A DNA stretch of 61,926 nucleotides from a virus (IMGVR_UViG_3300021093_000075:1-61926), one strand, 5' to 3'. Positions 9,605-20,140 are shown, counted from the stretch's first letter. Notes: generated by a model from the letters alone, not told the origin. Numbers and translations are program-made.

Positions 9605-11138
9605 CGGAAAACTTTACCCATTCCAACAAGAGGCTGTCGACGCGATGGTCGAACGTGGGCAAATGCTTCTTGCCCTCGTCATGGGTGCTGGTAAGACGGT
9701 TACAACGCTGGCAGCCCTAGAACACCTACATGAGGGCAAAGAGATACAAAAAGCTCTCATTGTTGTCCCGGCAGCACTCAAGTATCAATGGCAACGAGAA
9801 ATACAAAAATTTACAGATGCCCATTCAACCGTTATTGATGGGGCTCAGTCAGCACGTATTGACCAATGGCGTAAATCAATTGGGTCTCGATATGTCATTG
9901 TCAACCCAGAGTCTTTAAAACGAGATCTTTCGTATTATTCAGAACACCGCTTTGACGCAATGGTTATTGACGAAGCGACAATGATTAAAACCCCCAGGTC
10001 CCAACGTTCGCGTATTCTAAAAAAGATTGGCAAGACCTACCACTATCGGTTCGCCCTTACTGGCCAACCCATTGAAAATCGTCCAGAGGAATTGTTTTCC
10101 ATTATGCAATTTGTTGATCCAAAACTATTAGGTGATTTTAAAACATTTGACCGGACATTTATTGTTAGAGACAAAATGTTTGGTAAGCCATTGCGTTACA
10201 GAAATCTTGACGTATTGAGTGAAACGTTAAAGACGACAATGATTCGTAAACGACGTGAAGACATTGCAGATCAGTTGCCCAAGATCATTCATTCAGTCAT
10301 CCCAGTTCCTTTTGATAAAGACGGGGCAAAGGCATACAGAATTATTGCCAAGGAACTACTTAACTCCATTCAAAAAGCCATTACATCATTTGGGCGTGGC
10401 TTTGACCTATGGACTCACTATTTTGGTCGACAAGACAAAACTGATCAGGGACGAATCATGTCACAAATTACCGCGCTACGTATGTTTTGCGACAACCCAG
10501 ATTTAGTTCAGTTGTCAGCCCACCTGTACGGAACCACTAACAATCAAGGTAGCGAATATGCTTATGAGCTCGTTAGTCGCGGTGTAATTGCTACACGAAT
10601 GAAATCACCTAAACTCGAGGTGCTTATTGAATACCTTGAAACTGTTCTTGCTGAAGATTCAAAGAACAAAGTTGTATTGTTTTCGTTTTATACCTACAAC
10701 TTGAAACTTATTCAAAAAGCAACAGCACATTTAACTAAAAGCGTTATTTTTGACGGAACAATGAATAACGCCCAACGAGATACAGCAAAACAATTGTTCA
10801 CCAATGACGAGTCTGTACGTTTGTTCCTATCCTCAGATGCCGGTGGCTATGGGTTGGATTTGCCCATTGCTAACTACCTAATTTCCTATGACCTGCCATG
10901 GAGCGCCGGTAAACTAGATCAGCGGGAATCTCGAATCATCAGGTTGTCATCCGAACACACCCACGTTAATATCGTGGCGTTGGTCATGGAAGGAAGCGTC
11001 GAAGAGCGTCAGTATGAAATGCTTCAAGAGAAGCGCAACATCAACAAAGCGTTCATTGACGGTGGATATGATTACAACAACAGTTATCAATTAACACTTG
11101 GAACACTCAGCGATTTTCTCAAAACAAGCGAGGTATAA
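9597..11138 (+). CDS. SNF2-family helicase
   Basis: MGAGKT, IDEA, LTGQPIEN, GGYGLDL, QRESRIIR. Confidence 0.92.
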   Translation: MFNGKLYPFQQEAVDAMVERGQMLLALVMGAGKTVTTLAALEHLHEGKEIQKALIVVPAALKYQWQREIQKFTDAHSTVIDGAQSARIDQWRKSIGSRYVIVNPESLKRDLSYYSEHRFDAMVIDEATMIKTPRSQRSRILKKIGKTYHYRFALTGQPIENRPEELFSIMQFVDPKLLGDFKTFDRTFIVRDKMFGKPLRYRNLDVLSETLKTTMIRKRREDIADQLPKIIHSVIPVPFDKDGAKAYRIIAKELLNSIQKAITSFGRGFDLWTHYFGRQDKTDQGRIMSQITALRMFCDNPDLVQLSAHLYGTTNNQGSEYAYELVSRGVIATRMKSPKLEVLIEYLETVLAEDSKNKVVLFSFYTYNLKLIQKATAHLTKSVIFDGTMNNAQRDTAKQLFTNDESVRLFLSSDAGGYGLDLPIANYLISYDLPWSAGKLDQRESRIIRLSSEHTHVNIVALVMEGSVEERQYEMLQEKRNINKAFIDGGYDYNNSYQLTLGTLSDFLKTSEV

Positions 11139-11139
11139 A

Positions 11140-11532
11140 ATGGCAGAAGTAGATAACGACTACATCAAGGGCCTTGTACGTGAGTACAAGAAAGCCAAAG
11201 AGATGATTGACGCTCTTGAAAAGCGCAACGCTGAGATGAAGACCAAACTGACAGACGCTCTTGTTGCCAATGGGTCCCCTGATAGTAACGGCCACCTATG
11301 GTTGACTCTTGATGACGTTGAGATCAAACGCGAGCGCCGCGTTAGTAAAGTATTTAATTCCGCTGCCGCTGAAGCATGGGCAAAACAAAACGGTCATTGG
11401 GATGTAGTAAAAGAAGTAGTCGAAGTACTAAACGAGGATAAGATCCTTGGGTTAGCGTGGCAAAATCCCGAATTGCAGGAACAGGTTAAATCCTTTTACA
11501 TGGAGAAAGAGTCTTGGGCACTGAAAGTATAG
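11140..11532 (+). CDS. Hypothetical coiled-coil protein
   Basis: ATG after GAGG, within the replication operon. Confidence 0.7.
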   Translation: MAEVDNDYIKGLVREYKKAKEMIDALEKRNAEMKTKLTDALVANGSPDSNGHLWLTLDDVEIKRERRVSKVFNSAAAEAWAKQNGHWDVVKEVVEVLNEDKILGLAWQNPELQEQVKSFYMEKESWALKV

Positions 11533-11948
11533 ATAACATTTTTGGGGATCTTCCCAACTATCCCGGTTCCAAAAAGCCAAAGAATAGAAAAGAGTACGAA
11601 ACTCTGGGAGACCCCTCTGCTAACGTAAAACCAACGTTTTACACCATGAACGGTGTGCGTATAGAGTTCTACACCGTAGGGCAACTGGCAAAGCTTTTGG
11701 GCCGACGACCAGTTACCGTGCGGGCGTGGGAAAGCCGGGGGCGAATTCCTCCCGCAACATACAGGAGCCCGATGCCGAAAGGAGAACAAATTCCTGGAAA
11801 AAAGACCCAGGGTCGTCGTCTTTACACTCGGGCGCAGGTAGAGTTGATCATCCAAGCAGTTGACAAATTCATTGGTGATGAACCAAGGCAGAGGTCAGCT
11901 AACTGGAATGAATTCAAGAAATACATCAAGCAACATTGGACAAAGTAA
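11514..11948 (+). CDS. MerR-like HTH DNA-binding protein
   Basis: YTVGQLAKLLGRRPVTVRAWESRG...RRLYT. Confidence 0.8.
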   Translation: MGTESIDNIFGDLPNYPGSKKPKNRKEYETLGDPSANVKPTFYTMNGVRIEFYTVGQLAKLLGRRPVTVRAWESRGRIPPATYRSPMPKGEQIPGKKTQGRRLYTRAQVELIIQAVDKFIGDEPRQRSANWNEFKKYIKQHWTK

Positions 11949-11963
11949 CAAAGGACAAACGTC

Positions 11964-12680
11964 ATGCCAAACAAATACAATGAAGAGTTCGAGATTGACG
12001 ACACCGTCAACATGGAACAAATCACCGAAGCAGCAACCACCACGATGACAAAGAAGGCTCGGGTCGAAACTGCCCAACCCTCCACCGCATCAGCAGTGGC
12101 AATCATCCGACGTGGATGGGGAGCCGCACAAAAAGTGCAAGAGGCAACCACGCCTTACGCACAGCGCCTCAAGGTCACCGAAGATGTTCAAATCATCAAG
12201 TTCATTGAGGATGAGCCATACGCATCGTTCCGCACACACTGGGTCGAGCGCGAAGGCCAGAAGTCATTCATCTGCCTCAGCAACCACCCCGATGGATGCC
12301 CATTGTGCAAAGCCGGTCTCCGTGCCTCCAGCAAGTTCGCATTCAACGTGGCGCTGTTGGCCAGCAATGAGGAACCCGAAATCCGCTCATTGGAAGTCGG
12401 CGTTCGCCTCATTGACCAGCTCCGCAATTACCACAACGACCCCCGACAGGGACCGCTGTCCAAGCACTACTGGGCAATCTCACGCACCGGTAAGGGCGCT
12501 CAGACACAGACCCTTTTGCAGCTCGTTCGTGAGCGTGACCTTGAAGAGTTCAACCTTGAAGGGTTGACCGATGACAACATGTCGGTTTTGCGCAACAAGG
12601 CGTACTCATCCGACATCATTCAGGTTCCGTCGCACACCGATCTCTTGGAAATTGCGTCAGAGATAGTTCAAGCGGAATAA
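11964..12680 (+). CDS. Single-stranded DNA-binding protein (gp32-like)
   Basis: IKFIEDEP, HW, C..CPLC, RTGKG; high-expression codon usage; upstream of the polymerase. Confidence 0.7.
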   Translation: MPNKYNEEFEIDDTVNMEQITEAATTTMTKKARVETAQPSTASAVAIIRRGWGAAQKVQEATTPYAQRLKVTEDVQIIKFIEDEPYASFRTHWVEREGQKSFICLSNHPDGCPLCKAGLRASSKFAFNVALLASNEEPEIRSLEVGVRLIDQLRNYHNDPRQGPLSKHYWAISRTGKGAQTQTLLQLVRERDLEEFNLEGLTDDNMSVLRNKAYSSDIIQVPSHTDLLEIASEIVQAE

Positions 12681-12683
12681 TTC

Positions 12684-14726
12684 ATGGCCCTAACGGTTCA
12701 TACCGTTTCCGAAATCAACGAGATTGTTTCTGAAATACAAAAAGTTGGGGCATTCTCATTTGATATCGAGTCACGTGGGGTTCTTGAGCGTCATCCTGAT
12801 GTAATGGAGCATTTTGAAAAAGAATGTTCCGATCACATCAAAACGCTTAAGAACCCCAGTGCCGACATTGTTGCACGTTCTACAGAAGTCATACACCAGC
12901 GATATTTATCTCAGTTGGCACTTGATCCAAAACGCAATGAAGTCTTTTGGATTGGTCTTGCAACTGCTGAACAGTCGTGGGCAATTCCTATGGGTCACAA
13001 GGTAGGAAAACTAATTGCTCCAGAAGAACGAGGCGACGGTTCCACTATTCCACCGCCCGGGCATCGCAAGGTTTTGAAAGATGGAACTGAGTCTCTTGCT
13101 AAAGCCAAGTACGTAATCCCTGCCACGTTTGAACCAGCACCTCAACAACTTGACCGTTTTGAAGTATTTGAATACCTACGGCCATTGTTTTTTAGTGAGT
13201 GTTTAAAGATCAACCACAACGTCAAGTTTGACGCACGATCTATTCAAAAGTACTACGGTTCTTTACCGTCAAAACCTTATTGCGACACAATGGTGCTACA
13301 GCACATTTGTGACGAAAACATTAGTAGTTTCTCACTTGTCAGCCTTATTCAACATAACTTTGCCAACCACAACGCCTACCGCGAGGGAAAGATCGGTAAA
13401 AACATTGACAGTGTTCCCTTCGACGTGGCAGCCCGGTATGTTCATTTAGATGCACGGTGGGCATGGCTTACCTATAAAAAACTTATTGCCAAAATTAAGA
13501 TTGACTGCCCCCTTATTCCAGTCCTAGAAAAGGACATGGAGTTGTTGTATGTGATTATGCATATGGAAGAAGAGGGCATTTCCGTTGATCACCATTCACT
13601 CAAGTCCTTGCGTAAGGAACTTGACAGCAAACTTAAAGACACGTTGTTGGCTATTTCAGAAATCGCTTACCCTGGGTTTAACCCAGACTCAAATAAGGAA
13701 AAACAACAGTTTCTTTTTAACAAAAAGAGACAGGGTGGTCTTGGTCTCAAGCCACCTAAGAAAACACCAAATAACGCACCATCTGTGGATAGTGAGTCTT
13801 TGGAAAAACTTCGGGGTAAGCACCCTATTGTCCCTCTCTTACTTGAGTGGCAAGAGTTACAAAAACTTAAGTCCACTTACGTTGAGGGTCTTATTCCAAA
13901 ACTAAATAAGGGAAAACTTCACCCATCATTTCATTTGCACAGGACTGCAACAGGTCGATTGTCATCTTCAGACCCCAACCTTCAGAACATTCCGAGAGAG
14001 TCAACAGTAAGAAAACTCTTTGTACCACCGGAAGGGTACAGGATGTTAGTTGCCGACTATGACCAAATTGAACTGCGAGTCATGGCCATGTTTAGTCAAG
14101 ACAAAGAACTACTTCGTATTTTTAACGAAGGCATAGACATTCACACCGCCACCGCCGCAGCCGTATTTAAAAAACCACTAGAACAAGTAACCTCAGAAGA
14201 ACGACAGATAGGTAAAGGAGTCAATTTCCTTACCGCCTACGGCGGTGGGTATGCCAAACTTGCTAGGACCACAGGTATTAGTGATGAGCATGCCCAAAAT
14301 ATCATGGCTGCATATAGGAAAAGTTTTAAAGGGCTTACTCAGTGGAAGAACAAAGTAATTGCCGTAGCCCAAAAGAAAGGATATGTAACCACCTTGAGTG
14401 GTCGCCGTAGAAGGCTTATTGATATTACGTCGTCAGATCAAGAGAAGGTTTCGAGGGCAGAACGCCAAGCAGTTAACGCGGTTATTCAAGGATCTGCCGC
14501 AGATATATGCAAAGACGCAATGATTGAGGTGTTTTCTGTATTTAAGAACACAAAATCAAAACTTGTTGTGCAGGTTCACGACGAACTTATAGCAGTTTCT
14601 CCTGAAGATGAAGACGTTCAAGAACTTTTTATAAACGCCATGGGTCATAACCGATCTATTATGGGTGTGTCACTTAAAGTATCGTGTCACACGGCACGTA
14701 GCTGGTCGGAGGCTAAAGGCAAATGA
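12684..14726 (+). CDS. polA: Family A DNA polymerase with 3'-5' exonuclease
   Basis: FDIES, NVKFD, TGRLSSSDPNLQNIP, DYDQIELR, KGVNF..AYG, VHDE. Confidence 0.95.
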   Translation: MALTVHTVSEINEIVSEIQKVGAFSFDIESRGVLERHPDVMEHFEKECSDHIKTLKNPSADIVARSTEVIHQRYLSQLALDPKRNEVFWIGLATAEQSWAIPMGHKVGKLIAPEERGDGSTIPPPGHRKVLKDGTESLAKAKYVIPATFEPAPQQLDRFEVFEYLRPLFFSECLKINHNVKFDARSIQKYYGSLPSKPYCDTMVLQHICDENISSFSLVSLIQHNFANHNAYREGKIGKNIDSVPFDVAARYVHLDARWAWLTYKKLIAKIKIDCPLIPVLEKDMELLYVIMHMEEEGISVDHHSLKSLRKELDSKLKDTLLAISEIAYPGFNPDSNKEKQQFLFNKKRQGGLGLKPPKKTPNNAPSVDSESLEKLRGKHPIVPLLLEWQELQKLKSTYVEGLIPKLNKGKLHPSFHLHRTATGRLSSSDPNLQNIPRESTVRKLFVPPEGYRMLVADYDQIELRVMAMFSQDKELLRIFNEGIDIHTATAAAVFKKPLEQVTSEERQIGKGVNFLTAYGGGYAKLARTTGISDEHAQNIMAAYRKSFKGLTQWKNKVIAVAQKKGYVTTLSGRRRRLIDITSSDQEKVSRAERQAVNAVIQGSAADICKDAMIEVFSVFKNTKSKLVVQVHDELIAVSPEDEDVQELFINAMGHNRSIMGVSLKVSCHTARSWSEAKGK

Positions 14727-15088
14727 AGCACATCATTGATAAGAGAAATTTTTATCTCATGCTCTCCTTGTACCTTGGTCAGGACATTGCATATAAACAT
14801 GGTTTTACCGGCACATCAGACGATGTTAAAGAAAAAGAACAAGAGTGGATTTCTAATCAATGGGAAATGCTGTATGAACTTGGGGTCTTTAACGAAGTTG
14901 TTGAATCGGTAGAATGGTTTTCTGAAGTGCTGACCAAAGGCATGATCGACTCCGACGACGATATGCCACAAACTGAGGCACTGGTTGAGCAGACCAAAAC
15001 AATTATCCTTGCCTACGGCGTTGCCCTGGTTCAAAAGTTGCTTATGAACGAAAAGATTGCATTATTAGGAGAAGTGGTGGTGGAATGA
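14723..15088 (+). CDS. Hypothetical protein
   Basis: 121 aa, ATGA overlaps at both ends. Confidence 0.7.
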   Translation: MKHIIDKRNFYLMLSLYLGQDIAYKHGFTGTSDDVKEKEQEWISNQWEMLYELGVFNEVVESVEWFSEVLTKGMIDSDDDMPQTEALVEQTKTIILAYGVALVQKLLMNEKIALLGEVVVE

Positions 15089-15447
15089 GTTCCTGGTGGG
15101 AAAAGAAATTAAATGGCGATACCGAGTCGACTAAAGCTTCGTTACCGCCCACAACGCATAGGCCGGTATTGCCTGTGTTCACTCAGCAAACGACTACACC
15201 GTCACGCACCACCGTCGTACAGCAGGATCCAACAGGACAGACTACGATGGGCACGGCAATTAGAACATGGAAAGGTGGGGAAGCCCACCGACGAGATGGC
15301 AACTTGACTTGTCCTAATTGTGGAAGTAAGAATGTATTTAGTCGCTCAAACAGTGGGTTATCTACAAACCCACCAGCCCCGCGGTGTTTTGAGTGCGGGT
15401 GGAATGGGCTTTACAGACAAGCGGATCAGTCATCATGGGCAGTATAA
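15085..15447 (+). CDS. Zinc-ribbon protein
   Basis: CPNCG...CFECG. Confidence 0.7.
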   Translation: MSSWWEKKLNGDTESTKASLPPTTHRPVLPVFTQQTTTPSRTTVVQQDPTGQTTMGTAIRTWKGGEAHRRDGNLTCPNCGSKNVFSRSNSGLSTNPPAPRCFECGWNGLYRQADQSSWAV

Positions 15448-15456
15448 GGAGCACAA

Positions 15457-16482
15457 ATGGATCAACAACAGTGGGCAAGTCTTAAGGACATCGTTGCCGG
15501 AGTTAACAAGAACTTAGGAGAATCTTGCGTCATCCTTGGCAGTGATATGCAACCGGCCTTGCCGCGCATCACCACCGGAATCTTGGCGTATGACCTCATG
15601 CTTGGTGGAGGGTGGCCCACCAATCAGTGGAGCGAAATTGTTGGAGATGAGTCGTCTGGAAAGACAGCTATTGCCCTTCGCACTATTGCCGCCAATCAAC
15701 AACTTGACCCTGAGTGGACTGCTGTATGGGTTGCCGCTGAAGAGTTTGTTCCAAGCTACGCCCTAGCCATCGGTGTTGACTTGTCTAGGTTATGGATAGT
15801 TGAAACCAATTTGATGGAACATGCCTATAACCTTGTGTTGGAAGTTATGGCCAATCGAGCCGCTGACTGTGTCGTTATTGACTCTCTTCCGGCTCTTGTT
15901 CCATCCACCGAGTCTGAAAAGTCGATGGATGAGTTTACCGTTGGTCTTGGTGCTCGAGTTACATCTAAGTTTTTTAGAAAGGCATCTGAGGCCCAAAAGC
16001 GTTCCATGATTCACAAAGAACGTTCCTGTGTTGGCATTATGATCAATCAGTGGCGTGACAAGATCGGTGTGCTATGGGGAGATCCACGCACCACCCCCGG
16101 CGGTAAAGCAAAGAACTTCCATTACTTTACGCGTGTTGAGGTAAAGCGTGATGAGTGGATAAAAGAAAAAGATGAAATTGTGGGCCAGAGCATCAAAGCC
16201 AGAACCCTGAAGAACAAGACCTATCGACCATCACAGGTTGCTGTTGTTGATTTCTATTTTACGGAGCACCATGGTTTTTCCCTTGGGTCATTTGATGTAG
16301 TAAAGGACATGATTAACATTGCCACAGTTGTAGAAATCATCACTCGTTCTGGTGCTTACTACTCATATGGAAAAGAACGTTGGCAGGGTAAAGACAAGAT
16401 GATTGCCGCTTTCCGTGAGGATGTGACAATGCAAAAAAAACTTAAAGTAGACGTTGAAAAGCACTTTGGCATTAAGCGATGA
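15457..16482 (+). CDS. recA: RecA-like recombinase
   Basis: GDESSGKT, VVIDSL, INQWRDKIG, TTPGGKA, SGAYY. Confidence 0.95.
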   Translation: MDQQQWASLKDIVAGVNKNLGESCVILGSDMQPALPRITTGILAYDLMLGGGWPTNQWSEIVGDESSGKTAIALRTIAANQQLDPEWTAVWVAAEEFVPSYALAIGVDLSRLWIVETNLMEHAYNLVLEVMANRAADCVVIDSLPALVPSTESEKSMDEFTVGLGARVTSKFFRKASEAQKRSMIHKERSCVGIMINQWRDKIGVLWGDPRTTPGGKAKNFHYFTRVEVKRDEWIKEKDEIVGQSIKARTLKNKTYRPSQVAVVDFYFTEHHGFSLGSFDVVKDMINIATVVEIITRSGAYYSYGKERWQGKDKMIAAFREDVTMQKKLKVDVEKHFGIKR

Positions 16483-16811
16483 TTTTAGGACGAGACCCAG
16501 ATAAGACCAGAAAACTCCTGAAGAAGTCAAAGAAGCAGGAGGTTAGAACGGCTGACACCTATAAGGGGTCCCGCAACGCCCGGTCAGGTGCTGGTTGGAT
16601 GCGCAAGAACGATGTACGTAGCCATAACTTTTTGATTGAGAACAAGTTGACCGCCAACATCAAGGGGATAACCTTAAAATCTATGGATTTAGTTGAACTT
16701 CGAGAACGTGCAATTTTAGAGGATCGCACCCCTGTACTACAGTTTGATTGCGGTGGGCGCAGGTACGTTGTTCTTGCCGAAGACGATTTTCTGGAGATGA
16801 TCAGTGAGTAA
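16479..16811 (+). CDS. PD-(D/E)XK Holliday junction resolvase-like protein
   Basis: QE...SGAG...KNDV...IENK signature. Confidence 0.7.
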   Translation: MILGRDPDKTRKLLKKSKKQEVRTADTYKGSRNARSGAGWMRKNDVRSHNFLIENKLTANIKGITLKSMDLVELRERAILEDRTPVLQFDCGGRRYVVLAEDDFLEMISE

Positions 16812-17667
16812 CAGTGAGTCCTACAAAAAGTTGTTGACAATGTCGGGGGATGTTCTCCCTGTCGTAGCAGTTCAGATGCTGCGTAATCAAGAAGTTCGAG
16901 ATGCCAAACGAGATTTTATGCATCTACATCCAAGTGAGTTGTCCAAAAAAGATTGGTGTCCACGAGCATCCTGGTACACCATCTCATCTGAGGAAAAGCC
17001 CCCAACAAAACCCATGTCCTATCAGCGTTTAAATATCTTTGCTGAAGGTCACGCCATCCATAGCAAGTGGCAAAAATGGATGTGGGAAGCAGGAGTGTTG
17101 GAAGGGCAATGGGGTTGTCAAGACTGCCAACATGAATGGTGGGATATTTCTCCAAAGACATGTCCAAAGTGCTCCAGTCACAAAATTTACTATCGAGAAA
17201 TTCCACTTAAAGACGACAAGTACATGATCCTTGGACACGCCGATGGCATTTTTACTAGCGGTAAAAAAAGGGCACTCATTGAAATCAAATCAGTGGGTAT
17301 GGGAACGATACGTATGGAGGCCCCAGATATTCATAAACAATACGCGGATGGAACACTTACCTACGATGGTGTGTGGAAGTCACTACGTCAACCGTTTGCC
17401 ACACATATTCGCCAAGGCATGTTGTACATGCACGTTACCGGCATTCATAAATTAATTTTTATCTATGAGTGGAAGGCTTCCCAAGAAGTCAAAGAGTTTT
17501 CTATTGAGTTCATGCCGGAACTCATTAAACCCATACTTGACAATTGTTCCAAGGTAATGGATGCTTTGGAGGATGGTATCCCGCCAGAGCGGCCAGCCTG
17601 GGCTGAAGAACAAACCCACACAACCTGCAAAAACTGTCACTACAAAGAAAGGTGCTGGAAAGCGTGA
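16804..17667 (+). CDS. Cas4/RecB-like PD-(D/E)XK exonuclease
   Basis: CPR, GHAIH, GHADG, IEIKS, QGMLY, C-terminal CKNCHYKERC (Fe-S ligands). Confidence 0.85.
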   Translation: MSNSESYKKLLTMSGDVLPVVAVQMLRNQEVRDAKRDFMHLHPSELSKKDWCPRASWYTISSEEKPPTKPMSYQRLNIFAEGHAIHSKWQKWMWEAGVLEGQWGCQDCQHEWWDISPKTCPKCSSHKIYYREIPLKDDKYMILGHADGIFTSGKKRALIEIKSVGMGTIRMEAPDIHKQYADGTLTYDGVWKSLRQPFATHIRQGMLYMHVTGIHKLIFIYEWKASQEVKEFSIEFMPELIKPILDNCSKVMDALEDGIPPERPAWAEEQTHTTCKNCHYKERCWKA

Positions 17668-18158
17668 GTGTCATGTCAATTGAAACCCTTGAAGAAGAGT
17701 ACGGAAATTTTCATCAACATTTTTCGTTGCCGACTAAACCCGGCAATGAAATTCCAGATATTCCATTTAACCTTGATGATTTGACCGATTCGGAGTTAAT
17801 GAAGTATTACGCCCAATACACGGCTTGGCTTAACTACGCAAAGTCACAGTTAGTTCTTGCCGAGATTGCAGAAGAGAGCTTTTCCAACGATCTAGATTTT
17901 GCCAAAGCCACTACGTTGATTAATCAGTGGGATACCAAAATCAAAGGTGAGTTAGTCACTATTGCTAAGGCGAAAAGCAGTGTGTCAGAAACTGTAGTGA
18001 GCGCCCAAAACGCCTATACAAAAGCCCGTGCGTACCGAAAACTTGTTGATACAGTATTTGATCGATGTGAACGTGGCTCTCATCTCCTGTCAAGGGAACT
18101 GAGTCGTCGTATTAGTATTGTTCCGCACGAAAAGAAACTGTATAAATACATACCATGA
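17652..18158 (+). CDS. Helical protein, possible UvsY-like recombination mediator
   Basis: Coiled-coil ending LSRELSRR; located in the recombination cluster. Confidence 0.5.
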   Translation: MLESVSVMSIETLEEEYGNFHQHFSLPTKPGNEIPDIPFNLDDLTDSELMKYYAQYTAWLNYAKSQLVLAEIAEESFSNDLDFAKATTLINQWDTKIKGELVTIAKAKSSVSETVVSAQNAYTKARAYRKLVDTVFDRCERGSHLLSRELSRRISIVPHEKKLYKYIP

Positions 18159-18319
18159 TCAAAGTTAGGTGTCTAAAGTGCGGAACGATAGTTGAGCACA
18201 ACCCCCGTCAAATAACGGGTTGCGGTTGTGACCCAGATGCACCGACCTGGGTGTACATCGAAACCGATGGTCGTATTCGTGGGTTTAGTCAAGCTGAGTG
18301 GGAAAAGATCGATGGGTAA
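18155..18319 (+). CDS. Small zinc-binding protein (not in ORF track)
   Basis: MIKVRCLKCG...GCGCDP, 54 aa, translationally coupled on both sides. Confidence 0.7.
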   Translation: MIKVRCLKCGTIVEHNPRQITGCGCDPDAPTWVYIETDGRIRGFSQAEWEKIDG

Positions 18320-18728
18320 TAAACATAAAGCCAAAGGCACGTCGTTTGAGACTGCCATACGTGAATATCTTAACGCCAATGGCTTTGAGAAAGCCCACCG
18401 CACAGCGTTGGAAGGCGGGCAAGATAAAGGAGACATTCACGGCATAGAGCAGACCAGACACAATTCTGGTGTTACTATTGTCCGAAAAGCTTGTATTCAA
18501 TGCAAGAATCAAAAAACGTTTAAGTTAAGTGAGTGGCTTAACGACACCGTGGATCAGGCTGTCCGACTAGACAATGCCCCCCTTTCTGAAACTGCTTTTC
18601 GCCAAGCTGCCCTGCCCATTTTGGTGGTTAAACGCCCCGGCAAGGGAGAAAAATCACTTGGTGACTCCTACGCGGTCATGCGCTTGTCCGACATTGTTGC
18701 TATTTTAAAAGATTTGGGGTTCTGCTAA
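18312..18728 (+). CDS. Holliday junction resolvase-like endonuclease
   Basis: KAKGTSFE, DKGDI, IQCKN, LSEWL, VVKR. Confidence 0.8.
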   Translation: MGNKHKAKGTSFETAIREYLNANGFEKAHRTALEGGQDKGDIHGIEQTRHNSGVTIVRKACIQCKNQKTFKLSEWLNDTVDQAVRLDNAPLSETAFRQAALPILVVKRPGKGEKSLGDSYAVMRLSDIVAILKDLGFC

Positions 18729-18759
18729 ACTTGTTTTAGGTTCATTGTTAGGAGACAAT

Positions 18760-19050
18760 ATGGCTGAAGAACAGGTTACAAAGATTGACGATGTCCTTAA
18801 AGTTTCGGGAAGTAGTAATCCTCAAAGTGTAGGCTCAATTTTGGCTAGATCTGTCGTTGCTGGACATTTTCCCAAGATGCGAGCAATTGGAGCCAGTGCG
18901 GTTAACCAAGCAGCAAAATCTGCTGCTATTGCACGTGGTTTTGTTGCCCCCCGTGGTATTGATCTGACCTACATTATTGGCTTTGATGATATTATTGGAG
19001 AGAACGGAGAGAGCATTTCGGCAATCTCCTTTAAACCTGTAGTGAGGTAG
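18760..19050 (+). CDS. spoVS: SpoVS-family protein
   Basis: LKVS..SNPQSV, AIGASAVNQAAK..AIARGFVAP.GIDL matches SpoVS; AGGAG RBS. Confidence 0.9.
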   Translation: MAEEQVTKIDDVLKVSGSSNPQSVGSILARSVVAGHFPKMRAIGASAVNQAAKSAAIARGFVAPRGIDLTYIIGFDDIIGENGESISAISFKPVVR

Positions 19051-19052
19051 TC

Positions 19053-19616
19053 ATGCCGTTGTTTCGACACAAAGGTCATCATGGTGGGCGCTACGACGAT
19101 CCGCATGGCGTGACCAAACCCCCGCCCGTACGCAACATAGATGATGTGCACCAGTCAGTAATGCGTGGGGATACAAAAAGGTATGCCAAGCCAGATGGCA
19201 GTGTTGGCTACAAAGTTCAAATCGATAGTGAGTCCACTGCTCCAGCTGTTCCGTTGTCTAAGAAAGAACAGCGCCGTAAAGACAAGGCGATGAAGGAAAT
19301 TAACAAACCCAAGAATCGTGACGAATCACAAAGGCGTGGTCGTGTTTATGACCGTGCCCGCGCAGACGAAGAACGTAGGCTTGACACTTTTGGCCAGAAC
19401 ACCTTTAGAGAAAAAAAGGATGGTCGTATTGAGTCGGTTGCCAAGGGTGGAGTTGCCGAAGCGTACGCTAAGGGCGGGTTCAAGGGTGTCGAGAAGTACG
19501 ACAAAAAGACGTATGGTAGGAAGCCACGTGCTGAAGCAGCCAAGGCTCACGAAGAAAAGCAAGCTCACGAAGAAAAAATGAAACAGGGTGAATACCACAA
19601 AGACATTAGGATCTAA
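19053..19616 (+). CDS. Charged, disordered hypothetical protein
   Basis: 187 aa, K/R/E-rich. Confidence 0.65.
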   Translation: MPLFRHKGHHGGRYDDPHGVTKPPPVRNIDDVHQSVMRGDTKRYAKPDGSVGYKVQIDSESTAPAVPLSKKEQRRKDKAMKEINKPKNRDESQRRGRVYDRARADEERRLDTFGQNTFREKKDGRIESVAKGGVAEAYAKGGFKGVEKYDKKTYGRKPRAEAAKAHEEKQAHEEKMKQGEYHKDIRI

Positions 19617-19624
19617 GTTTTAAT

Positions 19625-20140
19625 ATGGGTTTTATTCGAAAGCACGACCAGCCCAAAGGTTCGATCACCGATATCAATGAGTATCGTGGTCGCAAAGCTT
19701 CCGCAGCTCGAGATGCTGCCCATAGCGAATCACCTGATTACAAGGTTAGGGATATTCATCCACTAGAGGCGCATTACCAAAGCCAGGTTGATCTTCCAAA
19801 GTTAGGCATGAAACGCCCGGGAACCGCTGGCCGATTTACGTCGTATGCCATGCGCACCATGGACCACATCGGCAAAAAGATGGGTGTGATTGGTCAAGAC
19901 GAAAGTCTTTATCAAGACGAACCATTGCGTAACCAAAATGAGAATTATGATAAATACCAACTACCAAAAGATTATAAAGAAACTAGGTATCCAAAAAAAG
20001 TAAAAAAAACCGATGCTGGTGGTAGCGGTAAAAAGCCGCCCAAAAAGCCCCGAATTCAAAAAGATGGTTTCCCGGATGGTTACCCCGAAGATAAAAACAA
20101 AGACAAGTGGCCCAACAAAGATGACGATTGGTATGCCTAA
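19625..20140 (+). CDS. Charged hypothetical protein
   Basis: 171 aa. Confidence 0.65.
   Translation: MGFIRKHDQPKGSITDINEYRGRKASAARDAAHSESPDYKVRDIHPLEAHYQSQVDLPKLGMKRPGTAGRFTSYAMRTMDHIGKKMGVIGQDESLYQDEPLRNQNENYDKYQLPKDYKETRYPKKVKKTDAGGSGKKPPKKPRIQKDGFPDGYPEDKNKDKWPNKDDDWYA

Noticed and set aside
16804-17667. Cas4-like gene as evidence of CRISPR-Cas
   Set aside because: No repeat-spacer array or other cas genes seen; solo Cas4-like nucleases are common in phage recombination modules
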